Below, in pieces: positions 19,601 to 29,336 of a stretch of DNA of 55,043 nucleotides. The stretch is from an uncultured virus (IMG/VR IMGVR_UViG_3300027833_000020). Taxonomy: Duplodnaviria > Heunggongvirae > Uroviricota > Caudoviricetes. Numbering within the stretch: the first letter of the stretch is position 1; every line of letters begins with the position of its first letter. Both the position numbers and the translations under genes were made by a program. The notes under the pieces were generated by a model. The model saw only the letters and a list, made by a program, of their open reading frames with translations, did no database searches and was not told where the DNA came from. The stretch lies in the IMG/VR virus record IMGVR_UViG_3300027833_000020; one strand, 5' to 3'.

Positions 19601-21961
19601 TTTAACAATTTGTGATTTACCATATGAATCAAATACGATTGCATCAACTCTTGACAAGTAACTTTCTACATCTGAAAGAATACTAGATTGTAATGCTGGA
19701 ACTAAGAATGCGCCACTAAATGCTGGTGTATAACTGCCAACACCTGCTGTAATAATACCTGCTGCTGAAATAGTAGTATCTGTATAATCTACTAAAGGAT
19801 CTCTATCTGCATATGGTCTAAAGTCAAAAGCGTTTCGTAAAATAAACTGCTTACCGTTAGAGGCAGTGTAGGTTTCTAGATCAGACGATCTTACTTTGCC
19901 GGCTGGTAATGTTGCTGTTTCATCATCAATAGGATAACTATTAATTGAGAAGAAATGTTGCCCTTGAGAAGTGTTACGCTCGTATACACCCAATTGAACA
20001 ACTAATTGTTGTCCGTTAGTTGGCTGAGGTCTGCCCGCGATATATTCCATATATGAAATATCATAGAAGTGATCGTTCTGGTTTGTATTAAGCTTAAAGC
20101 TATCAGTAAAATCTGTTCCACCAGGACCGGTGTTAACACTAATAATTTTATAAACATCAGGGAAACCTAAGCTATACTTAGCAATTGCTACACCGTAACT
20201 AATTTTAACATATGGTGTTACTGAAGCTTTAGGATGTGGTTCGGCATCTAATATTCTTTTGTTATAATAAACTTCTGCGCCGGCAGCAGATCCCGGAGTT
20301 AAATTAAGAGTTAATACTGTGCTGTTTAATGATAAGCTATATGACGTGACATTAATAGGTGTGTTTGTTGTATCTACTACGAGAACATCAGATTGATCTA
20401 ATGCGAAGTCTTCTCCAACATCGGCTGTAATATTAATAATATCACTATTAATTCCGTTAACACTTTTCCATGCTCGTACTGGAAGTATGACATCATCGAA
20501 TGCTTTAATATAAGGAGTACCAGTATCAAATAACTGTACTGATTTGCCTATTTCTTTAACTTTATCATTTGCAGTAACTGTTATTTCGCCTGATGTCCCA
20601 ACGATTTTAACAACCTCATTGAAGTCTCCTGCTGACATTTTAACACCAAACAAGTAAATTCTAGTTGGTGTTAGATTTCTTACGAATGCTGTACCAATTG
20701 TACCATCTACTGAATTCTTTAAAGTTACTGTGCCGTAGTTAATATCTACTTGACCTGCGATTGATACTACATTTAAGTAACTACCGTAATCGACAGTTGT
20801 TGCTTGGTTTTGCTGAATTGCAGTATTAGCAACTTGATCAATAGTAAAGTCAAGTTTACCACTGTTTTCTATACGGTAACCTTTAATGTATGCTGTACCT
20901 TTACCAACAAGTGCAGTTAGATTAGTTCCTCTACGATCCATATCAACTTTAAAACTATCTAAAACATAGTTACCTGATTCTTCGTATGTTCTTTTTGCTA
21001 ACTCTTCAGCAATAGAATTGAACTGTGAAACGTCACGTAAAGTAACTGCTGATCCGTTTTGATAACGAATAAGAGTAAAGAACACTGGATCAACATCAGC
21101 AATTACTGTTGTTTTAACAACTAGTGTTGGCACCATTGAAAGTCTATCAGCGCCAGGAGCATTTTCGTTAGATGATCCATTAGCATTATCATATAATGTT
21201 TTATCTTGTAAAGAACTAACTAGTGTTTCAGCAACTTCATAACCAACTGACAATCCGTCAGGCTGATCGGTGTACTTAGATACAACTAATGTTTGATCTG
21301 ATGTGAATAAGAAATGTCCTTTTTGGAAAACAACACCGGCCGATGAACGTATACCGAATGATTTACCAGCAGGGGTTGCTTGTAACGTTACGTTGATTTG
21401 CCAAATAGCAGCGTCTGCACCGGCGCCACCTTCTTGCAATGCATCAACGAGAACTGAACCGTTATAAACATACTTTGTAATTGTTAAAGCTTCACCATTT
21501 TGGAACCGTTGAATAGTACCATTGGTGTTTAAATAATTGATAAAGAAGGTGTTAAGATCTGGTGGACGTGTTTCGAATCCGCGAGTAGCAGCAATAATGT
21601 TGGCTTTAAGACCAGAAGCATTTGATACCTCGTAAACGACGTCGACGTCTTTAACAAGACCATCAATGATAGCAGTACTTGGACCGGACACATATGATTC
21701 TACATCAAATCCTGATTTGTCTGTTAACTTTACGAATTCTAAACCGTTAAGATCTGTAAAGTTACAACCTTTAATAATAGTACCTTCTTGGTAGATATTA
21801 TCTCCGAATTGCTCAACTTGATTTTGTAGAATTGATTGAAGTTGTGTCAGTTCCCGTGCTTGTATTGCGTAAGCGGGCTTAAACAGAATCTTATAGAACT
21901 GCTTTTCGACGTCAAAGTCATCAAAATATGGTGCAATATTTAAATTTGTGTTAATAGGCAT
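16604..21961 (-). CDS. DUF4815/VrlC-like large virion structural protein
   Basis: N-terminus NLNIAPYFDDFD...KILFKPAYAIQARELTQLQSILQNQ; internal RTYEESGNY, YTMRDI and DPLGQTF motifs; follows gp8. Confidence 0.85.
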   Translation of the reverse strand: MPINTNLNIAPYFDDFDVEKQFYKILFKPAYAIQARELTQLQSILQNQVEQFGDNIYQEGTIIKGCNFTDLNGLEFVKLTDKSGFDVESYVSGPSTAIIDGLVKDVDVVYEVSNASGLKANIIAATRGFETRPPDLNTFFINYLNTNGTIQRFQNGEALTITKYVYNGSVLVDALQEGGAGADAAIWQINVTLQATPAGKSFGIRSSAGVVFQKGHFLFTSDQTLVVSKYTDQPDGLSVGYEVAETLVSSLQDKTLYDNANGSSNENAPGADRLSMVPTLVVKTTVIADVDPVFFTLIRYQNGSAVTLRDVSQFNSIAEELAKRTYEESGNYVLDSFKVDMDRRGTNLTALVGKGTAYIKGYRIENSGKLDFTIDQVANTAIQQNQATTVDYGSYLNVVSIAGQVDINYGTVTLKNSVDGTIGTAFVRNLTPTRIYLFGVKMSAGDFNEVVKIVGTSGEITVTANDKVKEIGKSVQLFDTGTPYIKAFDDVILPVRAWKSVNGINSDIINITADVGEDFALDQSDVLVVDTTNTPINVTSYSLSLNSTVLTLNLTPGSAAGAEVYYNKRILDAEPHPKASVTPYVKISYGVAIAKYSLGFPDVYKIISVNTGPGGTDFTDSFKLNTNQNDHFYDISYMEYIAGRPQPTNGQQLVVQLGVYERNTSQGQHFFSINSYPIDDETATLPAGKVRSSDLETYTASNGKQFILRNAFDFRPYADRDPLVDYTDTTISAAGIITAGVGSYTPAFSGAFLVPALQSSILSDVESYLSRVDAIVFDSYGKSQIVKGEEAQNPITPKISEDQLMVSSIFIPGYPALTQKEASEQGKFSTAVQIKRGGTKNYTMRDIEKIERRIEGLEYYISLNQLEQSSENLLILDENGLSRFKNGYIVDPMNDTAIADTDDANFKAAIHFDKKILTPALNTFALDLKYSSSTGASIFPDVNSAEVASLSRDSNIKLIGQPYATNFRNCVSNFWKYDGNAQISPSHDMAHDTVQNPVPVEIDLAGVFQDLQEVLPITGINWDGPVTSGGSTSVTVGRTTTTITPRTQAGTISSLTVNDGGLDAVGDFITNVQFQPFMRSRNVKVFISGLRPNTQHYFFFDGVDVNANVAPGAVTAMDARNVQKTGAYNAAVTTDSNGILRAVFKIPQGKFYVGDRVLIAVDVNQYSSIDSASTSKGEITYHAYNITQSKSTLSTRMPDFGTEETATSRNLASRVTQVTRRGDPLGQTFFIKSGMGRGSNSVFISKVDLFFKRKSDINGVTITLREVINGYPSNVIIPFSKTHLQPSEVSVSDDASAITEVTFDAPVRMDVEKEYAIVIMPDANDPNYLHYTSKVGGNDLTTGPTQGQAVVMDWGDGVLFTSTNNRAWQSVQDEDIKFTLYRHNFNAGTGTVSLTNDDHEFFTLSDWTGRFEANEFAYKQIDVGYTVSMVQGTNVLTQSGNDFTVTYAAGDYILVRNSGNTAADIFRITSVDSATSMTTDKPCSFNGANAAGIPIVAGIISHYNKYTASEVHLKQSSAIMGKKFVAGDTITGFDSNITGTIGTIDNINLSYVQPLIQKTDDSVTNTSISGVFTDPANVTNTYSMPMKFGDNNFFTQKGVVIYSKSNNFVNPKPFTINVAMSNSSNNTSTPIVDLELATLLAYQFKVTDTPATTSSYISKTVELAEDLDAEDLNLYLTGYRPNGSDIKVYIRPQHAQDSAAKDTISWIELEKIEGASSFSSSSNLEDYREYRYAVPDANKTTDIITYTSTSGTFVGYRKFAVRIDLIAGDIHNAPFVKDYRGIALT

Positions 21962-21974
21962 CTATTTTAGTTCC

Positions 21975-23624
21975 TTAAAATTCTAAGATCAACTTATATT
22001 CTTCTCTAGAACTTTCTGCTCTCATAAGAGGGAAGAAGTCTTCGAAGAAATATACAGTTCCAGATCTTTGAGTATATCTTGATTCAATAACATTGTTGGC
22101 TACTGGTATATTTATCTTTATTCTTTGCCCTGTACTATTAATAAGGTCTTTAGTATAGTCAAAGGCTAGATCGTTATTGGCGGTGTTAACTTGTGGTCCC
22201 ATATAGTTACATATGAAAATAGTATTAGAAGTTGGTTGTACGTCGTGTACTCTGCCACTAAATGTTACGTCAGAGTTAATATTTACTTGTGTAACAAAAG
22301 TATCAACATCAAACTTTGCGTAGTCGTCAGTTGTAATTGCTATTCTATTATCAAATGTATCTGGTGAAGCAGTGTTTGCTGTCTCAGGATCAGGTGAAAA
22401 TATTGGGTTCTTAAGAATTCCTATTGCTGAATAAGAATTAGACTTACCAATTTTATTATTGTCGGTTTCTGTAATATATGAATAAAGCAGAATACGTCTG
22501 CAATGCATTTCATTAATTAGATTAAATCCGTGATAACCTTCTGGTGAAAGAATAGGTCTTAATTTTGCTCTTACATCTACAGAGTTTACTTCGTCTGGTT
22601 CAAAATCAAATAATGGATCTATAACTGTTGCTGTAATATTGTTATAATTAGAACCAGTTGTTAACAACTCGATATTAGTAATTCTACCATCAACAATTCT
22701 TGGAATTGCTGTAGCGCCTGATCCATCACCTTCTATTTTAACAGTAGGTACGATTCTTACTGTAGAGTTTTGAATAACCCCATCACCTTGTGGATCTCCA
22801 ATAAGCTTATAAGTACCAAGTGATTTAGTAGGATCCCATACGTAAGAATCAATAACATATGAAGATGAAACATTGCTAGGCGAGTTAATATAAACCGTCA
22901 TACCAGCATAATAGTTTGCGATCTGGCTTTGTAAAGATTGCAAGATAAGAATTGTACCGTCATTTTGCGGTGGGCCAGCGATGATGCCTGATTCTAATGT
23001 AGGATAACCTGTGTTATCAATATAGTTTTCTACAAATATATCAGAAACTTCTGAACCACTAATTACATTATTAGCGTCTTGTGCTAAATCAGGATTAATT
23101 GCAAACGTGCCAATTAAAGGAATATAGCCTGAGGCATTATAAGCTTCGAATTGTTGCTCAGTTAAGTAGTACATAAATTTCCATACATACCCATCTGGCA
23201 TTCTATATATTTGGTTTTCTGTTGTAGGATTATAATTTGGTGGTACTGTTGAGACTGCACCGTTATTATTAGATAAACATTTGTAGATACGGTAGTCACC
23301 GGAATCGTTATTTGTTGGTCCTACTACTGAATAAAAATTTATATTTTCTAAATCAGTAAGATCGTCGTATTGAGCGTAAAGCTGATCTTTTTGCCAAGCG
23401 TAATATTTAATCATAAACTTAACGTCAGAATTAAATACTTGTTTCCCAAAAAGAATAGACTCTTTAAAAGTCATTTTACTATTAAGTGAATTGACAGAGC
23501 TAATACGATTCAACTCGCCAGTGACGGTTGAAGAAACTGCGAAATAGAACTCGTTATCAAGAATATCTTGATAGAACATTCTAGTCGAATCGTTTTTCAA
23601 TGTTGTAGTTAAAATTTCTGGCAT
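21975..23624 (-). CDS. gp8: Baseplate wedge subunit gp8-like
   Basis: YRIYKCLSNNNGAVSTVPP and PDGYVWKFMY motifs; C-terminal REEYKLILEF. Confidence 0.85.
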   Translation of the reverse strand: MPEILTTTLKNDSTRMFYQDILDNEFYFAVSSTVTGELNRISSVNSLNSKMTFKESILFGKQVFNSDVKFMIKYYAWQKDQLYAQYDDLTDLENINFYSVVGPTNNDSGDYRIYKCLSNNNGAVSTVPPNYNPTTENQIYRMPDGYVWKFMYYLTEQQFEAYNASGYIPLIGTFAINPDLAQDANNVISGSEVSDIFVENYIDNTGYPTLESGIIAGPPQNDGTILILQSLQSQIANYYAGMTVYINSPSNVSSSYVIDSYVWDPTKSLGTYKLIGDPQGDGVIQNSTVRIVPTVKIEGDGSGATAIPRIVDGRITNIELLTTGSNYNNITATVIDPLFDFEPDEVNSVDVRAKLRPILSPEGYHGFNLINEMHCRRILLYSYITETDNNKIGKSNSYSAIGILKNPIFSPDPETANTASPDTFDNRIAITTDDYAKFDVDTFVTQVNINSDVTFSGRVHDVQPTSNTIFICNYMGPQVNTANNDLAFDYTKDLINSTGQRIKINIPVANNVIESRYTQRSGTVYFFEDFFPLMRAESSREEYKLILEF

Positions 23625-23648
23625 TTCACTTAACCCTAGCTTTTGTAA

Positions 23649-23656
23649 TATTTATA
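23649..23656 (-). promoter_or_regulatory. T4-type late promoter TATAAATA for gp8
   Basis: tatttata in the intergenic gap, 25 nt upstream of the gp8 start. Confidence 0.7.
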
Positions 23657-23663
23657 AACACTT

Positions 23664-25337
23664 TTAGCCTCTTCTACGAATACGAACACGTGGATAACAA
23701 GTACCTGAAGTAGGTCTTGCTTTCAAGTTATTTTTCGGATGAGCAATACCTGTTACTGCTCTTTGGTTCTTCCATCTCAAATATTTATTAGGTGCACCTT
23801 GTAAACTGTTAGTATCCATTGGATCATCAGTTCCAGTGTCTTGCATTTGGTCTGTAGATGCATTATTTATAAGCCAAGCCGCAGCTTCAGTCTGGTTCAT
23901 ATTTTGATTAGATTCGGCTAATATAGCAAGTACACCTGCAACTTGTGGGCCTGACATGCTTGTTCCTTGATATTTATCAAAGTTATAACCAGATAATCTT
24001 GGATCTGCAATATCACCACTCTTAGCATGTACACTACTATTAATTGCTTGACCTGCAGCAAATATATCTACTTGACTGCCACAATTTGAAAAATAAGCTT
24101 TGTCTTCTTGAGTAGCGTTTGAAGTAGCACCGACGTTAATTACTGGCGCATATCCTGCAGCAGACCCAGTACCTCTGTGCAAGTACCAATCATAATTCGA
24201 ACCGTTATAGGTCATGTAATATTTGTTATTATAATCTTGATCTGACGAGTTAACCGTTTTCCAACTATCATTACCAGCCGATGCTACAATAATAATTCCG
24301 TCATTAATAGCATCTTGCATATCAGCGTTACGACTTGTAAAATAATTTGGAATACCCATATCTAAACTATTTGCGTAAAAGCCACGGTCTTGTAATTCTG
24401 CTTGAGTTAAATCTCTGCCAGGATTAAAATCGACACCCCGATAAAGTACTCTAGTAACACTACCTGTAGTATAGCCATATGTTCCAGAATCAGCATTAGA
24501 TCTAATAGATGAGCCGTAACTGTTGTTTGATACGGTTGGATTACGTCTGCCAGTTTCTGAATTAATAGGTTTAGTATTATGCCAAGCACGTATGTAATCC
24601 CACATGAGGCTGCTGGATAGGCTGCTAGGGTTACTGCCATATGGGCTTATGTTATATATTGTAGCTTCTCTAGCCCATCCCTGTGAATTACCAGCAACAG
24701 TACCGCCGCAGTGGCAGCCATGATTGTTATCATCTTGATCTATAGAATTTGTATAAGAGCCTGAGCGATCATAAGTATATGTACCATTTGATCCACCAGT
24801 TACATCATTCGTTAATGAGAACCAATTAAATTGATTAACTCGTGTTCCACCTGAACCGTCAGAATTAACTGCAAACTCTGGATGAGCTGGATCGATGTGT
24901 CCGTCAACAATAAGAACATCAACGTTCTTACCGGAGGCTGTTACCGTTAAGTCTGTAGTAATAAGAGAAGTACCATTAGAGCCCCAGTTAGATCTGTTTA
25001 CTTCTTCACTGTGTCTTAATAAACCCCAGTTAACATCGCTAGCATCATCTGTTGTGCTTTTATCAAAGTCACCATTAGATATTGTATAACCGTTTGGTTT
25101 TGTTGTCAACTCAATAAGTTCTACTAAATCACAATCCCAAACACGATCATCAGACTTAAGTAATTCTACTTCATCGTCAGTTAACATGTAATGTGTATTA
25201 CGACTAATGAGTCTTCTGTTTGTTAACTCAACTGCTCGGTCTGGAATAAACAAATTGCCACCAAGCGTTTCCATATCATCATAAAAGCTTTGAAGATCTT
25301 CTTTTCTATGAAGAGTGACAATCCATTCTCTTTGCAT
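23664..25337 (-). CDS. Subtilisin-family (S8) serine protease
   Basis: Catalytic triad motifs VLIVDG (Asp), NHGCHCGGT (His) and GTSMSGPQVAG (Ser); oxyanion motif ASAGND; N-terminal propeptide-like region. Confidence 0.9.
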   Translation of the reverse strand: MQREWIVTLHRKEDLQSFYDDMETLGGNLFIPDRAVELTNRRLISRNTHYMLTDDEVELLKSDDRVWDCDLVELIELTTKPNGYTISNGDFDKSTTDDASDVNWGLLRHSEEVNRSNWGSNGTSLITTDLTVTASGKNVDVLIVDGHIDPAHPEFAVNSDGSGGTRVNQFNWFSLTNDVTGGSNGTYTYDRSGSYTNSIDQDDNNHGCHCGGTVAGNSQGWAREATIYNISPYGSNPSSLSSSLMWDYIRAWHNTKPINSETGRRNPTVSNNSYGSSIRSNADSGTYGYTTGSVTRVLYRGVDFNPGRDLTQAELQDRGFYANSLDMGIPNYFTSRNADMQDAINDGIIIVASAGNDSWKTVNSSDQDYNNKYYMTYNGSNYDWYLHRGTGSAAGYAPVINVGATSNATQEDKAYFSNCGSQVDIFAAGQAINSSVHAKSGDIADPRLSGYNFDKYQGTSMSGPQVAGVLAILAESNQNMNQTEAAAWLINNASTDQMQDTGTDDPMDTNSLQGAPNKYLRWKNQRAVTGIAHPKNNLKARPTSGTCYPRVRIRRRG

Positions 25338-25340
25338 TGG

Positions 25341-26234
25341 TTAAGCCTCTAACTGAAGAACATTAAGTGTTACTGTTATTGCTGCTGCTGATCCAGATTT
25401 ATTAGTAATTTTTACTGGAATATTTGTAGTTGGTGTTGCTTCAAGATTATAACCGATTGCACCTGGAGAGATCATTACAGTTTGTGCTCCCGTAGTAATA
25501 ACTTCGGCAATTACACCAGCATCTGATGCAGGATCAGTAAGTTCGTTTCTTGAGTTATCAGCTGAGCGAGCTGCGTTAGTAGCATAAATTCTTACCCAAG
25601 CCGCGGCTGATGTTGTAATACTCATTAAGTTATAAGATTTAAATCCTGTAATATCTAGATCTACAATAACATCATTTGCTACTGAAGTTGCTGTTCCTGC
25701 TGCATCTGATCTTGTTGGTAATGAACCACCGCCTGCATTTTGAAGCTCAACCCAAGCACCAGAGTGTGCAAAATATGCAGCACCTGTGCCGTGTACGTGA
25801 GCAAACATTCCGTGATAAGTACTAGCATCTGGTAGATCGCTTACTCCTGGATATACGTTACCGAATAATACTTTATTGCCGGCCATATCTAAATCAGAAG
25901 CAACAACTGCTGCTACTGCATCTGAGTCTGAATATGATGAACCAGAACCAGCCTGAGCTACCCAAGCATAATCAGTTCCATTCCAAGAAAGAATATGTCC
26001 TGTTGTAGGATCTGATTGATTTAAGTGTGCATCAACGTCTGCGTTAGCATATGAACCACCCTCACCACCAGTAAATTCTGATCCGTTAACATAGATTGCT
26101 CCTGTAATGTTTACACCAGCAGTCGTTGTTTCAATTTTGTTAAGACCGTTATATTCTAAAACAACCGAGCTAGCATCAGCTCCAATAATAATCTTTTCGC
26201 CATTATAATTTTTGATGTTCATTGTTTTTGCCAT
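25341..26234 (-). CDS. Fibre-like virion protein
   Basis: GHILSWNGTDYAW repeat unit; His-rich LPDASTYHGMFAHVHGTGAAYFAH segment; sits in the baseplate cluster. Confidence 0.6.
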   Translation of the reverse strand: MAKTMNIKNYNGEKIIIGADASSVVLEYNGLNKIETTTAGVNITGAIYVNGSEFTGGEGGSYANADVDAHLNQSDPTTGHILSWNGTDYAWVAQAGSGSSYSDSDAVAAVVASDLDMAGNKVLFGNVYPGVSDLPDASTYHGMFAHVHGTGAAYFAHSGAWVELQNAGGGSLPTRSDAAGTATSVANDVIVDLDITGFKSYNLMSITTSAAAWVRIYATNAARSADNSRNELTDPASDAGVIAEVITTGAQTVMISPGAIGYNLEATPTTNIPVKITNKSGSAAAITVTLNVLQLEA

Positions 26235-26235
26235 T

Positions 26236-26955
26236 TTAGTATCCTGACGCTGTTAAGAAGATTGGTATACTTGTATACGTTATTTGGCCAACAACTCTTA
26301 CAAAGTCAGTAGCCGTTACGCCCGTAGGTGATGCTGTTATTGTTACATCTAGGAATAGATTGTTATCAGTGATTCTTTCTTTAATTTGAATTCCATTCAT
26401 TAAATCGTCAGAACCTACACCTGTTTCGATAACATCAAAAACTCCGCCGTCTGCATCTTCTACACGACTAAACAAAAATTCTTTAGTTGCGTAATGTGAT
26501 ACTCCACTATTGGAAAGTAATGTTAACATTAGTTTACCACCAGCCGTATATCTTGATAATTGTTTACTATATACAAGAGCAGAAATCTTACCATTTACAA
26601 TATTTGTAGGTGGGATCACATCTTGCAAAGTACCTGTTACTATGTCACTAATTACAAATGGGACATATATATCTTGGTCGTTAACTTTGCCTTGCTCTTG
26701 CGTGCCAATAATTTGGTGATTGGTATCTGGTAAAGAACTTCCGCCTTGATTAGCGAATGTAAAGGTACCATCTCCGTCTGTAGAAAGTACTTGGCCTGCT
26801 GAACCATCAGCAATACCTAAACTTAATAATGTTAAATTTTCAATACTGTCATATACTTCAGTAAAGTTTGCGTTACTTTTGGACATAGCCGAACGTATAG
26901 GGTCGCCGGTTCCGTCGTTGGCTTCTTCGCCTATATTGATTATTTGCTTAGCCAT
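26236..26955 (-). CDS. Baseplate/fibre protein with gp9/gp10-like N-terminus
   Basis: MAKQIINIGEEANDGTGDPIRSAMSKSNANFTEVY is the T4 gp9/gp10-type N-terminal motif; also GQVLSTDGDGTFTF. Confidence 0.7.
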   Translation of the reverse strand: MAKQIINIGEEANDGTGDPIRSAMSKSNANFTEVYDSIENLTLLSLGIADGSAGQVLSTDGDGTFTFANQGGSSLPDTNHQIIGTQEQGKVNDQDIYVPFVISDIVTGTLQDVIPPTNIVNGKISALVYSKQLSRYTAGGKLMLTLLSNSGVSHYATKEFLFSRVEDADGGVFDVIETGVGSDDLMNGIQIKERITDNNLFLDVTITASPTGVTATDFVRVVGQITYTSIPIFLTASGY

Positions 26956-26998
26956 GCTTACTCCTATTAGTTTTATATAGCTTTAATAACTTATTTAT

Positions 26999-29335
26999 CT
27001 AACTGTTATCGACAGTGAACGTTAATGTATCATCTACAGTAAACACGAAGTTATCTGCTCTAATTGTTTGATCGCCAGTTGCTTGATTAGGCCCAACGAT
27101 AGGATCACCACCTTTAACATAATCATCTTTACGTATAACCTGGAAGGTTGACGACATGACTGGGCCTACTGCTTTTTCGTAAGAAAACTTACCAAATAAT
27201 TTAGACCCTGCTAGGTGGACTGTATCTTTTACGACTTTTTCATACTTAGGCTGATCTACAACAGACTTAATTACATACGAATATTCTTGATAATAATCGC
27301 TGTCTTGAACTTTCATTTCTGAATCGAAATACTTAAACTGTCTATCAACAGGATCTGTAAAGTAGCCATTAATGTGAGAGCTATTGCTTCCCCAGAAACC
27401 AGCAGTAATACCTTGTGTTCTTGCAGATAACTGTGCCCTAGCCATAGTTGTGCCGTCATCTTGATCTGTTAAATAAACATTCTCACCGTCGATATAACCA
27501 AATCCAGAGTTTCTTATTTCTGCTGCTTTAATTCTACCTTCTGAAAACAATGTTTCATTTCGTATTTCGGCGTTTAAACCATATTTTTTAGTAGAATAAT
27601 TTCTTTCAATTCCGATTACTTCGAAAGTATTGCCTTTATGTATAATTTCATCACCAGCAAGTGCCGATCTAAATCCATAATAACTGAAAGGTGTTACGTA
27701 TATGGCGCCGTTATCGTTGTCTACTGCTCTAATAATACCAGATGAAGATGTTAGTGCTTGTGTAATAGTGTCACCAACTGAGAACGAAGGTGAAAAGTCA
27801 CCAATACTAATAATTTGGTCGTATCTTTCAAACGCTGCCATCTGTTCATCAATAGCAATACTAAACGTATCGTTAATATACTCCTCTCCAGGATTTATAT
27901 TTTCGAAAGTTTTAATTGTACCAATGTCAAACGGTGTTAAATCGAATGCTTGGTTTAAAGGTGTTGATAAAGTAGCCGGTGAAGCGGTGCCTGACATTGG
28001 GATCGTTGCAGGTGGTGTATTATTATAATCATTTGAATTAATTGTAACGTTTACAAAGTTTCCAATAATATCTGTAATTAACGAAACACTTTCGATATTA
28101 TCTAACTCTTCTATTTTAACGTCAGTTATAACACCAGTGTTTGCGTATAGTGGTCCTGGTGAAGAACCATTTTTCTCTGCTACTACAAACATGTCACCAA
28201 GTTTTGTGTTAACGTCATAAGCTGTAATAGTAAAGTTATTAGCAGCACCATTCTCGTCTACACGATCTCTTGTAGAAATATCTCTTCCCAATGCAAACGA
28301 GTCGTTGGGTTCCATTTTAACACCAACAGCGATAGAGTTTTGGCCAATAACTGTGCCTGCATTACCAGCAGTATCTATTAAGACTTCTAATTCTTTAAAC
28401 CTAAAACTTTCATTTGGCAATACAATAACTTGGTTTGATACAAGCAATTTTGTATTATCAATTGTATAACCAAAGCCACCGTCATCAATAGTATATTCAA
28501 TTGTTCCGGTAAACTCAGTTTGTAATTCGGTAACAATAGCAGTACCGCCTTTACCGTAATCGCTTTTAATATCTAAAATATCACCGACTTTATTACCAGT
28601 AGTACCACCGTATGATACATCAACGGCTAACGCATTTGCAGAACCATTTAATTTACCAAACGGAACATCTTCCCCGCCAATACGACACATAATATCATCG
28701 TATCTTACGAATGTACCTTTGTCGTTTGTGATGTAAATAATAGCAGTTAATGTTTTATTAAGATAAACAAAGTTAATTTTATCTACAATTGCTTTTGCTT
28801 TAGAAATAGATCCGTAAATATTGCGACTTAATAAATCTGCGTATGTATACGATACTCCCTTTCTAGATACAAAGTTATTATTGTTTGGTAATATCTGTAA
28901 GTATGTACCAGTTTTCCAAGTTGAATCTGAAGGCTTAAGCATGTATTTAGAAGGATACATTACTTGAATATCTTCCTCATAAAACATTCTAAAGAATAAA
29001 ACTAATCCAGCTTCTGTGCCTTTACGACGATACAAATCTAAAATATTACGTATTACAAACTTAACTGTTTTATCATCTTCGATCGGCGGTAGATCTGCCA
29101 TATATTTCTTTTTGAAATAAATTATCATTGACGAAAGAGTTGTTCCAACGTCACGATACTCAAAGAGACGTCGTGAATTGTATACGCCCATATTAGGATC
29201 TGACTCTACGAACTTATAATAATGTTCTACCATTGCAACTAGTTCTGCACCATGCTCCCTATAATACGCAGGAAACTGTTGCGCGATTTTAAACGCTATA
29301 TTCTTTTCTACTAAGTTGACGGTATTATCAGCCAT
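26999..29335 (-). CDS. gp7: Baseplate wedge subunit gp7-like
   Basis: LYRRKGTEAG...FFRMFY and QDSDYYQEYSYVIKS...VHLAG motifs; follows gp6. Confidence 0.8.
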   Translation of the reverse strand: MADNTVNLVEKNIAFKIAQQFPAYYREHGAELVAMVEHYYKFVESDPNMGVYNSRRLFEYRDVGTTLSSMIIYFKKKYMADLPPIEDDKTVKFVIRNILDLYRRKGTEAGLVLFFRMFYEEDIQVMYPSKYMLKPSDSTWKTGTYLQILPNNNNFVSRKGVSYTYADLLSRNIYGSISKAKAIVDKINFVYLNKTLTAIIYITNDKGTFVRYDDIMCRIGGEDVPFGKLNGSANALAVDVSYGGTTGNKVGDILDIKSDYGKGGTAIVTELQTEFTGTIEYTIDDGGFGYTIDNTKLLVSNQVIVLPNESFRFKELEVLIDTAGNAGTVIGQNSIAVGVKMEPNDSFALGRDISTRDRVDENGAANNFTITAYDVNTKLGDMFVVAEKNGSSPGPLYANTGVITDVKIEELDNIESVSLITDIIGNFVNVTINSNDYNNTPPATIPMSGTASPATLSTPLNQAFDLTPFDIGTIKTFENINPGEEYINDTFSIAIDEQMAAFERYDQIISIGDFSPSFSVGDTITQALTSSSGIIRAVDNDNGAIYVTPFSYYGFRSALAGDEIIHKGNTFEVIGIERNYSTKKYGLNAEIRNETLFSEGRIKAAEIRNSGFGYIDGENVYLTDQDDGTTMARAQLSARTQGITAGFWGSNSSHINGYFTDPVDRQFKYFDSEMKVQDSDYYQEYSYVIKSVVDQPKYEKVVKDTVHLAGSKLFGKFSYEKAVGPVMSSTFQVIRKDDYVKGGDPIVGPNQATGDQTIRADNFVFTVDDTLTFTVDNS

Positions 29336-29336
29336 T

